Below, one piece after another: positions 1 through 13,290 of a stretch of 64,000 bases of DNA. The notes below the pieces were generated by a model that saw nothing but the letters and a program-made list of their open reading frames with translations, was not told the DNA's origin and did not search any database. The translations under genes and the position numbers were made by a program. Source of the stretch: the human T2T-CHM13v2.0 reference genome, Homo sapiens; assembly GCF_009914755.1 (NCBI RefSeq), contig NC_060933.1, one strand, 5' to 3'. Each line of letters begins with the position of its first letter. The first letter of the stretch is position 1.

Positions 1-235
1 ATGTTGATGTCCTAAGTCCCAGTGCCCCATAATGTGACTATATTTGGAGACACGGTCTTTACATGGATAATTAAGTTAAAATTAGGTCATTAGGGTGGGC
101 CCTAATTCAATATGGCTGGTGTCCTTATCAGGTTAGGACACAGACATGCATAGAGGGAAAACCAGAAAAAAGGTATAGGAGAAAAAATGGTTATCTACAA
201 GCCAAAGAGAGAGGCCTCAGAGGAAGCCAACTCAA
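1..235 (+). mobile_element. MaLR LTR fragment (MLT1A/B-like)
   Basis: aatgtgactatatttggaga...ttaagttaaaattaggtcattagggtgggccctaa...aagccaaagagagaggcctcaga. Confidence 0.8.
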
Positions 236-1082
236 CAAATTTTAAAATATGTATTTTGGAGAACAAAATTATTAGAAAATATTTACAACAGAAAAAAAAA
301 ATTTCTTCTAGAACTGAGCTGGTCTAAAGGTGCATATCTTGGTAAGGCTCTGTGAAGAAATGACCTAATCTGGAGAGAAGCTGTTGGGACACTCGTCTGT
401 GTGTGGCCTGTGGCTCACAGGGGTGGGTATTCTCAGAAAGCACATGGGAAAATCACCGTCCTGGTGTGTCCAGGCTCTGGGAACAGGCTCTTCCTCGTGG
501 CTTTCACATGGGTTTCCTGGTGGGCTATGTAGTCACTTTCTGCATCCTTCTTTTAAGGGCTCATGAACGTCACAGACCCTGAGATACCGGTCTCACTGTC
601 CTCAACTATCAAATGAGGAGGTTGCACCAAAGAACCCCTAAAGCCCCTCCCACCTCTAATCGCCTATGGGACTGTCCATTCTTCTTAAGGATCATTATAG
701 ACACACAGCAGGGAACATAAAGTAGACAAATTCTGAGAAACAGCTAAGAAAAGTACTACAGACCCACCAGAATGGGAGTATAAATTGGGCTTCATCTGCC
801 CCATTGCAACCTAGACTTCCTTTGCCTTATGATTTGGCTCAATGGCATCTGTGACAAGGTAGCTTGAAGTTGACACCAGTGCATCCCTGGAGATTGGATG
901 GGCTGGGCTCAGAATCCCATACATCCTTTACAGCCTTTTTTTTCCTCACCCTATCCATACCCTCACCCTACTAGAATTATGCATGCACTTGTTGAAAACA
1001 GCCCTAGCAAAGTAAATCTAGGCTCCTTAGGCCATGATTAAGGGCCCTTGAAGAAGTCAAATTACCTAAGAAACTCTAGACA

Positions 1083-1385
1083 TGCACTCTCCAATATGCA
1101 AGCCACTAGTTCGTGTCTACTGAGCTCCTGAATTGTGGCTAGTGCTAATGGAGATGTGCTGTAAGCATGAAATGCACACCAGATGTACAAGACTTAGTAT
1201 GAAAAAATATATTAAAATCTCATTAATAGTAAGATTATTTTTATATTGAAATGATAATTGTTAATATTGGGTTAAATAAAATATAGCATTAAAATTCATT
1301 TCTCCTGTTTTTACCTTTTTAATGAGTCTACTAGAAATTTTAAATTTATGAATATGGCATAGTTTATCTCCATTGGACAGCACTG
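1083..1385 (-). mobile_element. MER33-like hAT-Charlie DNA transposon
   Basis: Inverted termini (…ctctccaata / …attggacagcactg). Interior resembles the MER33 reverse complement. Confidence 0.75.
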
Positions 1386-1787
1386 CTATTTAGAGTATCA
1401 AAATTTGGTATCTTTTGTGACAATAATAAATCATTTATCAAGGAGAAATACCCTAGAATTGGACACTCATCACCCATTATGTAACTTCAGCTAGCCTCTT
1501 GGTTTGTCCTCCTCTCTCTCATAGAATTAATAAAGCAATCTATCAGGACAAAATGAATATTGTCTTGTTTTTCTTTTTCATTTTTTCAAATCATTGGAGG
1601 TCTTTGGGGGGAAAGGTGATAGCAAGACACTAGGTGTGTTATGAAAGCATGAGCCTATGGGCAAGTTTGGATTTGCTTGTTATCCACGACAGGAAATTTT
1701 GGCCAGGAGTCAGTTATTCGCCTAGAAAATGAATTGTTAATGTACCTGTGTAGTCTTACAGCTTCCACAACTGCACTTTGCTGAAAT

Positions 1788-1826
<39 letters not shown>
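1788..1826. repeat. (TACA)n/(CA)n microsatellite
   Basis: Directly visible. Confidence 0.95.
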
Positions 1827-2066
1827 TTGATTGTTACATATCAATGTTAGGCAGTTTTCCTCCTGGGTGTTTTTTCCTTATCATTATTATCATCATTAGT
1901 ATTACTTCTCCTTCACTTCTGTCTCTTGCAAACCAGATATTTGTTTCCCTCACACAGCACCTGCTTTAGAAATAAAATAAATTACAGAAAAGGAATTAGT
2001 AAACTAGATTTGCTCCTTGAAGTGTATAAAAGTTGAGTGTATAGAGGATGGGAAGGTGAGGGAGTT

Positions 2067-2469
2067 TGCAATGGTTTGGATGTGGTTTGTCACCACCAAA
2101 ATTCATGTTGACATTTAAATGCCAGTGTGGCAGTGTTGGGGGTGGGGTCTAGTGGGAGGTGTTGGATCATGGGGACAGATCTCTCATGGACAGATTAATG
2201 CCTCCTCTCGGGAGTGAGTTTCACTCTTACAGACTTGGTTAGTTACCATGACAACAAGTTTTTCCTTCTCATGTTTCATCTCTTTGGACATTCCCACTCC
2301 CCCATCCATTTTCTGCCATGAGTTGAAGCAGCACAAGACCCTCACAAGATGGGCTGCTCAGTTTGGGACTTCCTGACCTCCAGAATTGTGAGCCAAATAA
2401 AATATTTTTTCTTTATTAATTACACAGTCTCATGTCTTCTGATATAGCAACATAAAACAGACTAAGACA
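2067..2469 (+). mobile_element. MST-family MaLR solo LTR
   Basis: tgcaatggtttggatgtggtttgt...gggaggtgttggatcatgggg...cagactaagaca. Confidence 0.85.
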
Positions 2470-2919
2470 GGGTTCTCTAGGGTATGAGAGTATGAATAAA
2501 AATTTCTAATTTTCTGGTAATGAAGTATTTTGGGCAAGAATAACATGTATCCAGAAAGAACTCTTGCAATGAGAAGTGTTTGCTGTCTTTCCTTTTGTTC
2601 AGGGACACTGTCTTTGGGGACATATTTAATTCCCAATAGAAGGAAATGGCAATAATGTATAGTTAGATAACACCATCTTCGCTTCTTCATGCCCCCTTAA
2701 GATGTTGTTCACTCTTCCATTGCAAACATCCAGAACAAGGCAAGCATGGACTTCCTAGATCTGGGAGGAGAGAGAAAGGTACTGGTTGCTACCTAATACC
2801 ATTGAATATCTCAGAGCTGGGAGAAATTCCACTGAGTCTATGTCTGGAGACAGAAGTGACTGCTCCCTGGTGGGAAGCCAATCTTAGCTCAGTTTGTCAC
2901 CATATTTCTGGGGGACTAC

Positions 2920-3310
2920 TGCAAGAGCCCCCATCTGGTCTCTCTACCTTCAGATTAGCCCAATCTGAACCACCCTTTACACTGCACTCAGAGGGATCTT
3001 CTAAAATGTGAATCTGATGACATTCTGCTTGAAACCCTTCAAATAACCTTCTATACTCTTTAGGATAAGATCTGAGACCCTTAACATGCCAAACAATGCC
3101 TTCCATGTGTGATTTTTTTTTGTTATTTCTCTAGCATCACTTTTCACCCTAGACTTGCTGTCCCCGATGAGACACCTATATCTCTTATTTCGGCACTTTA
3201 ACTGACATTACTTCCCGCAATTTGTTGAGTTCAATCCTACAGACATTTATTGAACATTTATTATGTGTCAGGCATTGTTATGAGACTACCAAGATGAAGA
3301 AGACAAAGTC
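2920..3310. mobile_element. L2 fragments
   Basis: cagagggatcttctaaaatgtgaatctgat (+) and catttattgaacatttattatgtgtcaggca (- strand 3' end). Confidence 0.6.
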
Positions 3311-3759
3311 CATGACGTCAAGAAACTTATAACATCTGGAATGTTCTTTCCTACCCCATTTTCTGGATGAACAAACTGGCCATCTCTGAAGTCGCAGCCT
3401 AAGTGTTGCAGCAGCCTTAAAGGCCTTTCCGGCCTTGCCAAGACAGAACTGTACCCTGTGCCTATTTCTATAACATCTAGAACAGTGCTGCACAAAGCCA
3501 GTATGAGATAAAGGAGCCCGTACCAGAATTTAAACCAATGCACTGCTTTTTTTAATAAAGAAAGACTTGGTTCAAAAAATAATATCAGCTACACTAAACA
3601 ATGTGCTTAATGGTACTTGCTTGTAACAAATACTTTCAGACCAACAGCTGGCCTCTGGACAGCTGAAGGAGAGAATAAAGAGAATGGTAAGATGTAGAAT
3701 TTTCAATATATAGTTGCTGAGAATTGAGAAATTTAATAATACAAAAGAAATTTATGGCT

Positions 3760-5252
3760 AGTAAGCCAACAAAGAAAATAAAATGGGGGCATAAAAAAAA
3801 TACATATAGGCCAGAAAAGAAAAGAAGAAGGAAACAAAGAACAGATGGATAAACAGAAAACAGATAGCAATGTGACAGACTTAAACCCAAACAGATCAAT
3901 AAATACATTAAGAGTAAGTTACCTAAACAATCCAATTAGAAGACAGATACTGTCAGATTGTATGAAAAGGGAAGACTCAACTATATGCTGCCCACAGGAC
4001 ACCTTTTTTATTTTTTTAAATTTTAGATTCAAGTGGTACGTGTCCAGGTTTGTTACACGAGTGTATTGCATGATGCTGAGGTTTGGGTTTTCAATTGAAC
4101 CCATCACCCAAATAGCGAACTCAGAGCCCAACAGATTATTTTTTAAACCTGGCTCCCCTTCCTCCCTCCCCCAATTTGGACTCTACACTGTCCATTGTTC
4201 CCACCTTTATGTTCATGTGTACCCAGTGGGGAAACCTACTTTAAACATAAAGACATAAATAAGTCAAATTAAATAATAACAAAAGATATACCATACCAAC
4301 ATTGATCAAAATAAGGCTGAAGTAACTATATTACTATCAGACAAAATAGATTTTCCAAAGCAAAAAATATATATTATATAATACATATTTATATAATATA
4401 TTATATTATATTTTATATAATATATATAATATATAATATATTTATATAATATATATTATGTATTTATATTATATATTTATATAATATATATATTATGTAT
4501 TTATATTATATATTTATATAATATATATATTATATATTTATATTATATATTTATATAATATATAATATATTTATATAATATATTTATATAATATATATTA
4601 TGTTATATAATATATATTATAATATATATTATATATTATAATATATATTATATATTATATATTATATATTATATAATATATATTATATAATATTATATAA
4701 AATATATTACATTATATAAAATATGTAAAATAATGTATATTTTACATATATAACATATATTTTATATATATTATATATTATATTATATATATTTTATATA
4801 TATTATATATTTAATATATTTTTATATATAATGTGTATATTATATATAATACATATAATACATATAAAATATATACATTATATATAATACATATAATACA
4901 TATAAAATATATATTATATTATATAAAATTATAATACATATAATACATATAAAATATATATTATATATTATATACAATATCACAAATATATAACATATTG
5001 TATATAATATATAATATCAAATATATAACATATTGTATATAATATATAATATATTGTATATAATATATTGTATCTTATATATTTTATATTTTATATGTAT
5101 TTATATATACAATACATATCTATTATATGTATATTATATATAATATGTATTATATATTTTATATTCATTTTATATATTATATATAATATATGTTATATAT
5201 TTTATATATTATATATTTATTATTTTAATAATAAATATATATATTTTATATG

Positions 5253-5302
<50 letters not shown>

Positions 5303-5620
5303 CCAGGGATAATAAGGGTCACTTCACAGTGTTAAAGGGGTTAATTCATAAACACAAAATCCAAAATGTTTATTCCCCTAATAACAGAGTCTCAACATAC
5401 ATGAAGAAAATAAGTGATTGAATTGCAAGAGAAATAAACAAATCTACCATTATACTTGAATATTTCAATACTCCTCTTTCAATAATTGATATAACAAATA
5501 ATTGATATAATAATTGATAGAAAGTCGTAAGAGTACATTCAATTTGAGCAATGTTATCAACTAATTTGATCTAAATCGCATTTACAGAATACAGCTTCCA
5601 ACAACAGCAAAACACACCTC
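3760..5620 (+). mobile_element. Old L1M (ORF2 endonuclease region), interrupted by an antisense L1PA 3' end (4003-4227) and a large TA tract
   Basis: Degenerate EN-domain frame (ORF 3845-4258: NNPIRRQILSDCMKREDSTICCPQDT; later KGHFTVLKGLIH...NVYSPNNR). Confidence 0.8.
4367..5301. repeat. ~930 bp TA-rich low-complexity tract ending in pure (AT)n
   Basis: Almost entirely A/T, with tandem sub-repeats. Confidence 0.97.
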
Positions 5621-5864
5621 AACAACAGCAAAACACACCTCTCTATGCATCTCTATGCATCACCTCTCTGTTCCATTATGCAGTTAATTATGCAATTAAG
5701 CAATCTTGTCAGGACCATAATGCAACTGCATTATGCAATTGCATATGCATAATTTGCGGACCAAATTATGTTTAATTGCATAATTGCAATTGCATAATGG
5801 AACCATAGCACTGTCACTGTCTGACAGTGCTATGCAATGTGAGACATTGCAAAGCACACCTCAA

Positions 5865-6137
5865 GATTGCTTGAGGACAGGAGTTTGAGACCAGCCTGGG
5901 CAACATAGTGAGACCCCTATCTCTAAATAATAAATAATAAATGAATAAATAAATAAATAAAATTAGCTGGGCATGGTGGCGGGCACCTGTGGTCCCAGCT
6001 ACTCAGGGGCTAAGGCAGAAGGATTGCTTGAGTCTGGGAGGTTGATGCTGCAGTGAGCTCTGATCACCCCACTGTCCTCCAGCCTACATGACAGAGTGAG
6101 ACCGTGTCTCAAACAATACAAACCAAAACAAAACAAC
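5865..6137 (+). mobile_element. 5'-truncated AluJ
   Basis: Starts at gattgcttgagg. J-type aggattgcttgag motif, (TAAA)n mid-linker and A-rich tail. Confidence 0.9.
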
Positions 6138-6146
6138 CTAAAATAT

Positions 6147-6470
6147 TATCCACAATTCCTTATTTGAAACCATAGAAGGTAGATGCTTTAGAATCCAGAA
6201 GATTTTTCATATTAGAATAGCACAGACTGAATATTATATAACCTCCAGGAATTCTGGGGCAGAGCGCATCTGCAGTGAAATAGAAGTGTGTCCACAAGGC
6301 ATGGGATAAATGCAGACTATAGAAAGACTCATAATTATACACTGTACAAAGGCTCATGCCGGTTCAGACCAAGTTTTTGTTGCTAAACGACTTTTTATTA
6401 ACTTCATGGAAAATGTCCATTGTGAAAGTTTTTTGGATTTCTGAATTATAGATAAGGAATATAGGCCTGT
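6147..6470. mobile_element. Tigger-type (TcMar) MITE, Tigger12-like
   Basis: Degenerate TIRs (ccacaattccttat / ataaggaatataggcctg) followed by TA. Confidence 0.55.
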
Positions 6471-7104
6471 ACAGATACATATACATACATATAATTGGAT
6501 GAAAGTTGGAAAATACAGAAAACCACCAAGAAAAGTATTCATAATCCTACCATTCAGAAGTAACCACAAACATTTTGGTATATGTACCATTTTGTTTGCA
6601 TCTTTTACATATATCAAAGACCTTTTATATATTTATATATGTAAAATATGCAAACACATATTTTTTTTTGCTTATTCCCCCTCCAGAGAAACAGGATTAA
6701 ATTCACATTTTCTCTTAAATATATAAAATGAACATTTATCTATGTCAGTAAATATTCTACTATAGCCTAATGTCTGTTTTGAGTTTTATTGTATTGCTAT
6801 TCCTTAATTTATCAAACATTTAGGTTGATTACAATTTTTCATGTTATAAATAACAATGTAATGAGCATAGTTATCCATACAACTTTTGGTGTGTCCTGAT
6901 TTTTTCCTAGGATAAATTACTAGATGTAGAATTACTGGGTCGAAGGGTTTTCTTTTATCAAAAAGTTTACAAAAGAAACTTTAAAAATATGTTTTCATCA
7001 AAAAGTTTACAAAAAAATTGGTAAGTGATTTTCATGCATGAAAATGAGTGCTTATTATTGATTTCACTCATTGTCATTGTTTTAGAGAATTGCCTTATAT
7101 TTAG

Positions 7105-7490
<386 letters not shown>

Positions 7491-7529
7491 TAAAAAGAAG
7501 CTGGAGAGAAGAGAGCCTCCCTTCCTGAG

Positions 7530-7680
7530 GATAATAGCCTTCGTGTATGCCAGACACTGTTATAAGCATTTTACACATTATGGCTCATTTAGTGCTGAAC
7601 CTGTATATAGGATGTAGGTTGACAAAACTGAGGCACGGAAAGCATAAGTAACTTGCTAAGGGTAAGAAAGATTGTAAGAA
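7530..7680 (-). mobile_element. MIR
   Basis: aaaactgaggcacggaaagcataagtaacttgctaagggt core. Confidence 0.7.
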
Positions 7681-7779
7681 TAGAAGCAAACACTACTGAA
7701 GGGAAGACAACAGCACTCAGACACATTGAGATGAGAACCAAGTAACATTGATTTACAGAATATACAGGCAAATGGGATG

Positions 7780-8750
7780 CGCTGATAGAGCTCCTTTTAT
7801 TAAAAATTCTGCAGGAATAAAAGAAAATTCATGGCAACTATGCAGAGAGCTTAACACAAAAAAGAAGAGGAAATATAGTATAAATGGGAAAGTGAAAAAT
7901 CCATCCTGAAATCTAATATAAGCCTAAGAAACAGAGAAAAAAATCTAAGACAAGTATTTTGTATCTAGAAAAAAACAAAGAAAACATATTCATTGAAACA
8001 AAAATAAATAAATACTTAGATGAGACAATAAAATAAGATGGAAAAATGGTAGTTACAAAGCTAAGGAAAAATTGCAGATCAAAACAGCAATTACAGAGTT
8101 AAGTAAATTTGAAAGAGCAAGAAACAAAATTAACATAGTCAAATATTAAATTCATCACTTTCAAAAAAGCTTGAGATAATCATAGAAGGTGTGTAGGGAA
8201 AAGACAATAAAGTCGAAATGGTTAGGATGAAGATTAAGCTATGAGGGATAGATAATGATCTACCCATGGGTCCTTGTTTCCCCAAAAGAAAGACTACAGT
8301 GCATGAAATACAAAAAATATCTACCAATATAAAAGAAAAGAAAGAGCTGGCTAGGAAATTGAAAGGGCTCCCTGGATTCTGGAAAGAAGTGACAGTGCTG
8401 GCTCAACTCTGAGACATACTTGATGAATTTACTACACTTCAAAGTAAAAGAAAATAGTCTCATGTATTCAAGAACAAAAAGCAATCCACTTACAATGGTG
8501 GGGTAGGGCTGGGAGAGGACCCTGAGAATCAGGCAGCATTTGATGCAAGAAAATAGTAAAACAGTGTCCACAAAGTTCGGAGGAAAAGAAAGTGGAACAC
8601 AACAATTTCCTACCATACAAGTTCTTGTTAAATCAGATGCAGTAGTCAAACATATAAACACTAGAGAACATAAAACCCGTGAGCCCTTCTTGTAAACGAA
8701 AATAAAACAAACTGACCCAAGAGATGAATCGAAGTAGATTTCAGAAATTG
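7780..8750 (+). mobile_element. Degenerate HAL1/L1M ORF1-like sequence
   Basis: A-rich strand bias and ORF1-like segments (aattgaaagggctcc..., gatgcaagaaaatag...). Confidence 0.5.
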
Positions 8751-9267
8751 ATTGGTGTTGGCATCAGAATTCTTCTCATAGAGGGAATTTTCCTTAGAAA
8801 AAAGAAGCTTTCATAAGCTTCTGGGGGTAGTACAGAATTCCATACCTTCAGACTTTTCCATATCTGTATATTATTCCTTCTGTTATTTAGTTAATACGTT
8901 TCTTTAAACTCACTTTTTAATTTAGATTCATATGTTTATGAAGGAATCTTGCAATCATAAGCCGAAAAGAAAAATTGGCATCACTTACGGTAAATAGAAG
9001 GTAGCCAAGCATAAAAATAAATTCGATGAAACAAAAACAACGTTATTAATATAACCAGATATCATTGCCAGCTTTAAGAGGGCCAAAGCTGAAGCTTGCT
9101 TTCTCTTTCATAAAAAGAGAGTTTGGTAGGTGTTAGATGTTATGTGCTTATTCTCACCAAACAGACTGTCTTTGACTAATTCATCTTACTACTAAATAGA
9201 GTGTATTAGTGCGATTCAATGAAATTTAATGCTGTGTTCTTGCATCACCTTAAATCTCACTTTGGGT

Positions 9268-9435
9268 GCTATGAGTGGAATTTTTGTGTGTCTTTTCCCT
9301 CCTGCAAATTCATCTGTTAAAACCATAACTGCTAATGTGATGGTGTTAGGATGTAGGATGTTTGGGAGGTGATTAGGGAGCAAGAGCGGAGCCCTCACGA
9401 GTGGGAGTCATGCCCTCATGAAGAGATTTTGGAGG
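9268..9435 (+). mobile_element. MaLR LTR 5' fragment (MSTD/MLT1A-like)
   Basis: tgctatg...aaattcatctgttaaaacc...aatgtgatggtgttagg...tttgggaggtgattaggg. Confidence 0.7.
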
Positions 9436-12400
9436 CTAGCTGAGAGAGACAGAGCTGGACATACTGGCTCGATGGAGCTCTGGGTGTTGCTCCCACAACA
9501 GCAACAGCACAGAGCGCTGAACACACACCCCACAGTTCACCATCCATGGCCAGGAGACCATTCAAAACGTGATTGCTGGTTGTCAACTCCAAGAACTAAC
9601 AGGAGTGAAAACTCACACACACACCCAAGAATGCAGACTCTGCCTGGCACACAGGGAAGTCTGCCCTCGTGCCTGGGGTTCCTTCCGCTGTGGGCTTCCT
9701 ATCTTCAGAGCCTTGGCTCTCCCTTCCCCTGAGGGATTACTCACCACTTCCCTAACACTGCTGGGCTGCCCTGCTTTGCTGCCATGGAGTCCAGTCATCA
9801 GGCAGATTCATTCACATCTAGGCGCCTGAGTGGTACTGGCCACCACGTAATGGAGTGGACATCAAACCGAGAAGTGGGCAACCTGGAATTGGGTGCCGGT
9901 CCTAGAGTCCCTCATCAGCCAAAAGAAAATTATCTCGCGAGTGCCTACCTTCCAGAAGTGTCACGGGGAGACCATCAGGTGTGTACCAGAAGCACTTCCT
10001 ACATTGCAAAGCAGCAAAGAAAGGCAGCCTCTATAGTGGTCTGTAAAGAGTGCCTTGCAGAGAGGACACAGCCTGGCTGATGAGTTTCCAGCAGTAGAGC
10101 GTTAGGTGTGATTGAATCTTGGAGAGGAAGAGACTTGGTTCTGTTGAACCTGCTCCATGTTACTCAAAGCACACACCACACACTCTGCCAACAGGTAAAG
10201 CTTCGGATGCTACCTGCTGTGTTCTGTCCTCTCCCAGCTGAGCCAGGCCCTGGGAGCCCCCTCCAGGAGCTCCGGGCAAGCAGCCCCTCATGGCCCATGG
10301 TGGAACTGCACCCTCAGCACTGGTGAGGGTGTCGCAGGAGCCTGCGAGGAAGGTGGGGTCTCAGTGCTTTTGCACAGGGCGAGTGGAGCTGGAAATGCAG
10401 CCCCCAGTGGTTTCAGTTATTCCAGGTATGACTTTTCTCTCTCATCTTGCACCTTCGGACTCTAATTTCCTGTGAGCAATGTGCTGGGAAAACTGGCAGC
10501 GGCTCTCTGGCAACCGTGGGGGAAAGAAGCAAAGTGGGGCAGAAGCGGAAGCCAGGGGCAGGGGCTGGGTCGGTCCAGCCAGCCCGCTAGGGCTCCCATG
10601 TAGCAGAGATTCCACTGAGAGGAAGCCGGGGCTGGCCCGGCCGGGAGACTCCCTCCATGCCCCGTGTGTGGAGTGTCGGGGCACCCTATATCCTCAAGGT
10701 GGCCTTGACCTCTGGAGACAGGTGTTGGCTCCTTGAGTCACCAACAGCAGGGACCAGACTGGGAGGTGTTTTTGGGCGGGAAGGGCTGGGCCAGGCCAGG
10801 CTCCAGCAGGCCCCCTTGTGGTCAGAGGGACTGCCTGCAGGATGATGGGCTTGGGGACCAAGGCAGCCACTCCCCACATGGGAGTTGGACCCAGGCTTGA
10901 AGGACACACCGTCACATCGATGTCACTCTCTTGGGAGGCCTCCTTGTGACACAAGATGTCCTGGCCCCGGTGTTTTTCTTCACCATATTCCTCCCAACTG
11001 TAATTGTGTAGTTCCTGGGGTGCTTATCTCTCAATGTCCATCTCTGTGAAAAAAGCCGTGACCCTCCGGGATAAGGTCTGTTCGTGAGACTCACTTTGTG
11101 GAAAGGACATATGAAAGTCTCAGGACTCTACCTAAGAGCTAGGATCCAGCTCAGGTCCCAGCTCCACTGCACCAATGCCCCTCGGTCCGAGGAGAGACTG
11201 AGATCTCTGTAAACAGCAGAGATCAGTAATACAGGCTTTGCCCTGCTGAAACTTCCCTCTGAAAGGAAGCATAATGCTTTCAGCCAAGTGCCTGCCCAGA
11301 GCTCTAAATAGATAACAGTTTAGAAGGGGGGTGTGATCACCAAGGGTACAGATGGGCTTCACAGAGCCCATAACCCCCACCAAAATTGAATGCCAATGTG
11401 TATAGGTGTGTGCCTAGGTGCATTTTCCTCAGGAAAGGTCCAAAGCTTTCATAGGATTCTCAAATGGATCTAGATCACATAGAGAGAGGAGAGGGGGTTG
11501 TCAGCAGGAGCAGCCCAGGAGACACTCAGTGAGAATACGCAAGGGTCTGCACCTGTCAGACTTTGGTCTGCATAATTATATGCATAATTTGCATATAATT
11601 TGGTATGCAAGATTGCAATGCGATTAAGCTATCTTGCAGTATCTTAAAGAAACTCTGGTAAAGGGTACCCTAGATACTAGTAAAATGAATTAGCTGTGCA
11701 CATATGTGGAGGAGATTGTAACTGGGGTGGAAGTAAGACTTCACTGTATACCTTTCTGTGTGAATTGATTTTTGAGCCAATGTAATGCCTATTCTAAAAC
11801 AAAATATAGCACTTCATATAAAGGGCAAAATTAAAACATAATGGAAAAACTACCAAAACCCAATGAGGAAGTCATTGTTCCAATGCCCAAGTTGGGGTGG
11901 AGTGAAGCAGAGAACATTCTCCACCACTTTGCAGGTGTGGAGGAATATGGCTGGACGGAATTCGCAGAAGAGCACAGCTCCCGTGGACTCTGTCCTTCCA
12001 GAGCCTCTCAACCCTTGTCAGCCTGGGAAGGGGGCCTGAACCAGTGAACCAGAGCCTCTCAAATGTCAGCCTGAGTAATTTTTTGCCTCTAAGTATTCTT
12101 TTGTGGCTTCTTCTGAGAAGGTTCACAAATTTTCCTTTTCTTTACAGACATCTCACAAATCCTTAAGGAGGAGGCTGTGTCCCTAGAGTCCTGTAGTCGA
12201 GACATTTGAGAATTTGGGACCCAGTTGGAAGTGGTTGCGTATTTCCATTGTGTGGGAATATGTAAAAGGCCCAAGCCTCACCAAGAAGGGAAGACCAGGC
12301 TGCTCTCATCTCAAGGGCCAGTTGCTTCACACACCGGAGTGGGCCTAATGTTCAAGGAGCTTCTTTCTCCATTTCTCCCCACAGTGCTTAACGTCTCAGG

Positions 12401-12798
12401 CCACGGGCTGCCAGCACTCACCTGCCGAGGCCGCCCTGCGGCCTCCCTGTTCTGAGGCCCCTGCCTCTCCCTGATGAAACTTCCTCCGTGCTAACTTGGC
12501 AAGAAAAGGCAAACGCTGCTGTGCTTCCCTTTGCCCTTGAAAAGAATGAGGTTTAGGGGAGGCTCTGCACAGTCCTGTGCTGTCCGGGATAGCTGAGCAG
12601 AAGCTGTTGAAGCCGGCCTGCTGGACTGAGCTTGGTCCAGCAGCCTATCCACGTGAGAGCCCTGGCTATCTGGAGGCACAGGGAGCTGCTGGGCCTGCAG
12701 CGTCCCACCTGGAGGGAAAGAACGCACCGCCAAGGAGGCGTGGGCCCTGCAGCCCGTGCTGGGCCGCGAATCTGGTAGCCACGCTTCTCCGGCGGAAC

Positions 12799-12868
12799 GC
12801 GGCGCCCCCTGGCGGCAGAACGCTTGTGGCCGCCGTTACACTCGTGTGGAAACAGCGCCATCTGCCGA
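12799..12868 (-). promoter_or_regulatory. CTCF binding motif(s) in a small CpG-rich patch
   Basis: Reverse complement of 12799-12817 is TGCCGCCAGGGGGCGCCGC (near-consensus CTCF core). Reverse complement of 12853-12868 is TCGGCAGATGGCGCTG (second site, same orientation). CpGs are retained locally. Confidence 0.8.
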
Positions 12869-13129
12869 ATGCTCCATCTCATTGCTGATTGGCCCACACA
12901 GACTTTGTAAGGATTTTTCCTTCTGCTTGCTTAAATCAGGCCATATTGAGCCTATTCAAAGTGTACTTCTGAAATGAAAAAAGAAAGTGACTGTACAAGA
13001 TGTTTTGCTCACTGGAAAAACGAGGATGAATGGAAAATGGGTAGCGATTATCTGAATAATATGTGCTTCCTGTCTGTAGTGAGGTGTGAACATGGTGGGG
13101 CCGCACATTGCAGAGGAAAACGCATGCAT

Positions 13130-13290
13130 TTTGGAGTCAGGCAACTGCGATCAAATTCTTACTAGCTTTGTGAGCTAGGAAAGTTACTTAGCATTTCCAA
13201 GCCTCATTTGTCCTTATCTGTAAAGTAGAAGTACATTTACCTTGCAGCATTGTAGCAAAAGTTAAATAAAACAATGTGCATAAAATGAAA
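13130..13290 (+). mobile_element. MIR
   Basis: ttggagtcag...cttactagctttgtgagctaggaaagttactta...gcctcatttgtccttatctgtaaa. Confidence 0.75.

Noticed and set aside
5068-5421. Hydrophobic Tyr/Ile-rich 117-aa ORF
   Set aside because: Translation of the (TA)n tract.
11570-11620. Octamer ATTTGCAT in a quasi-palindromic AT patch
   Set aside because: Single short motif, probably within an old repeat; no supporting context.
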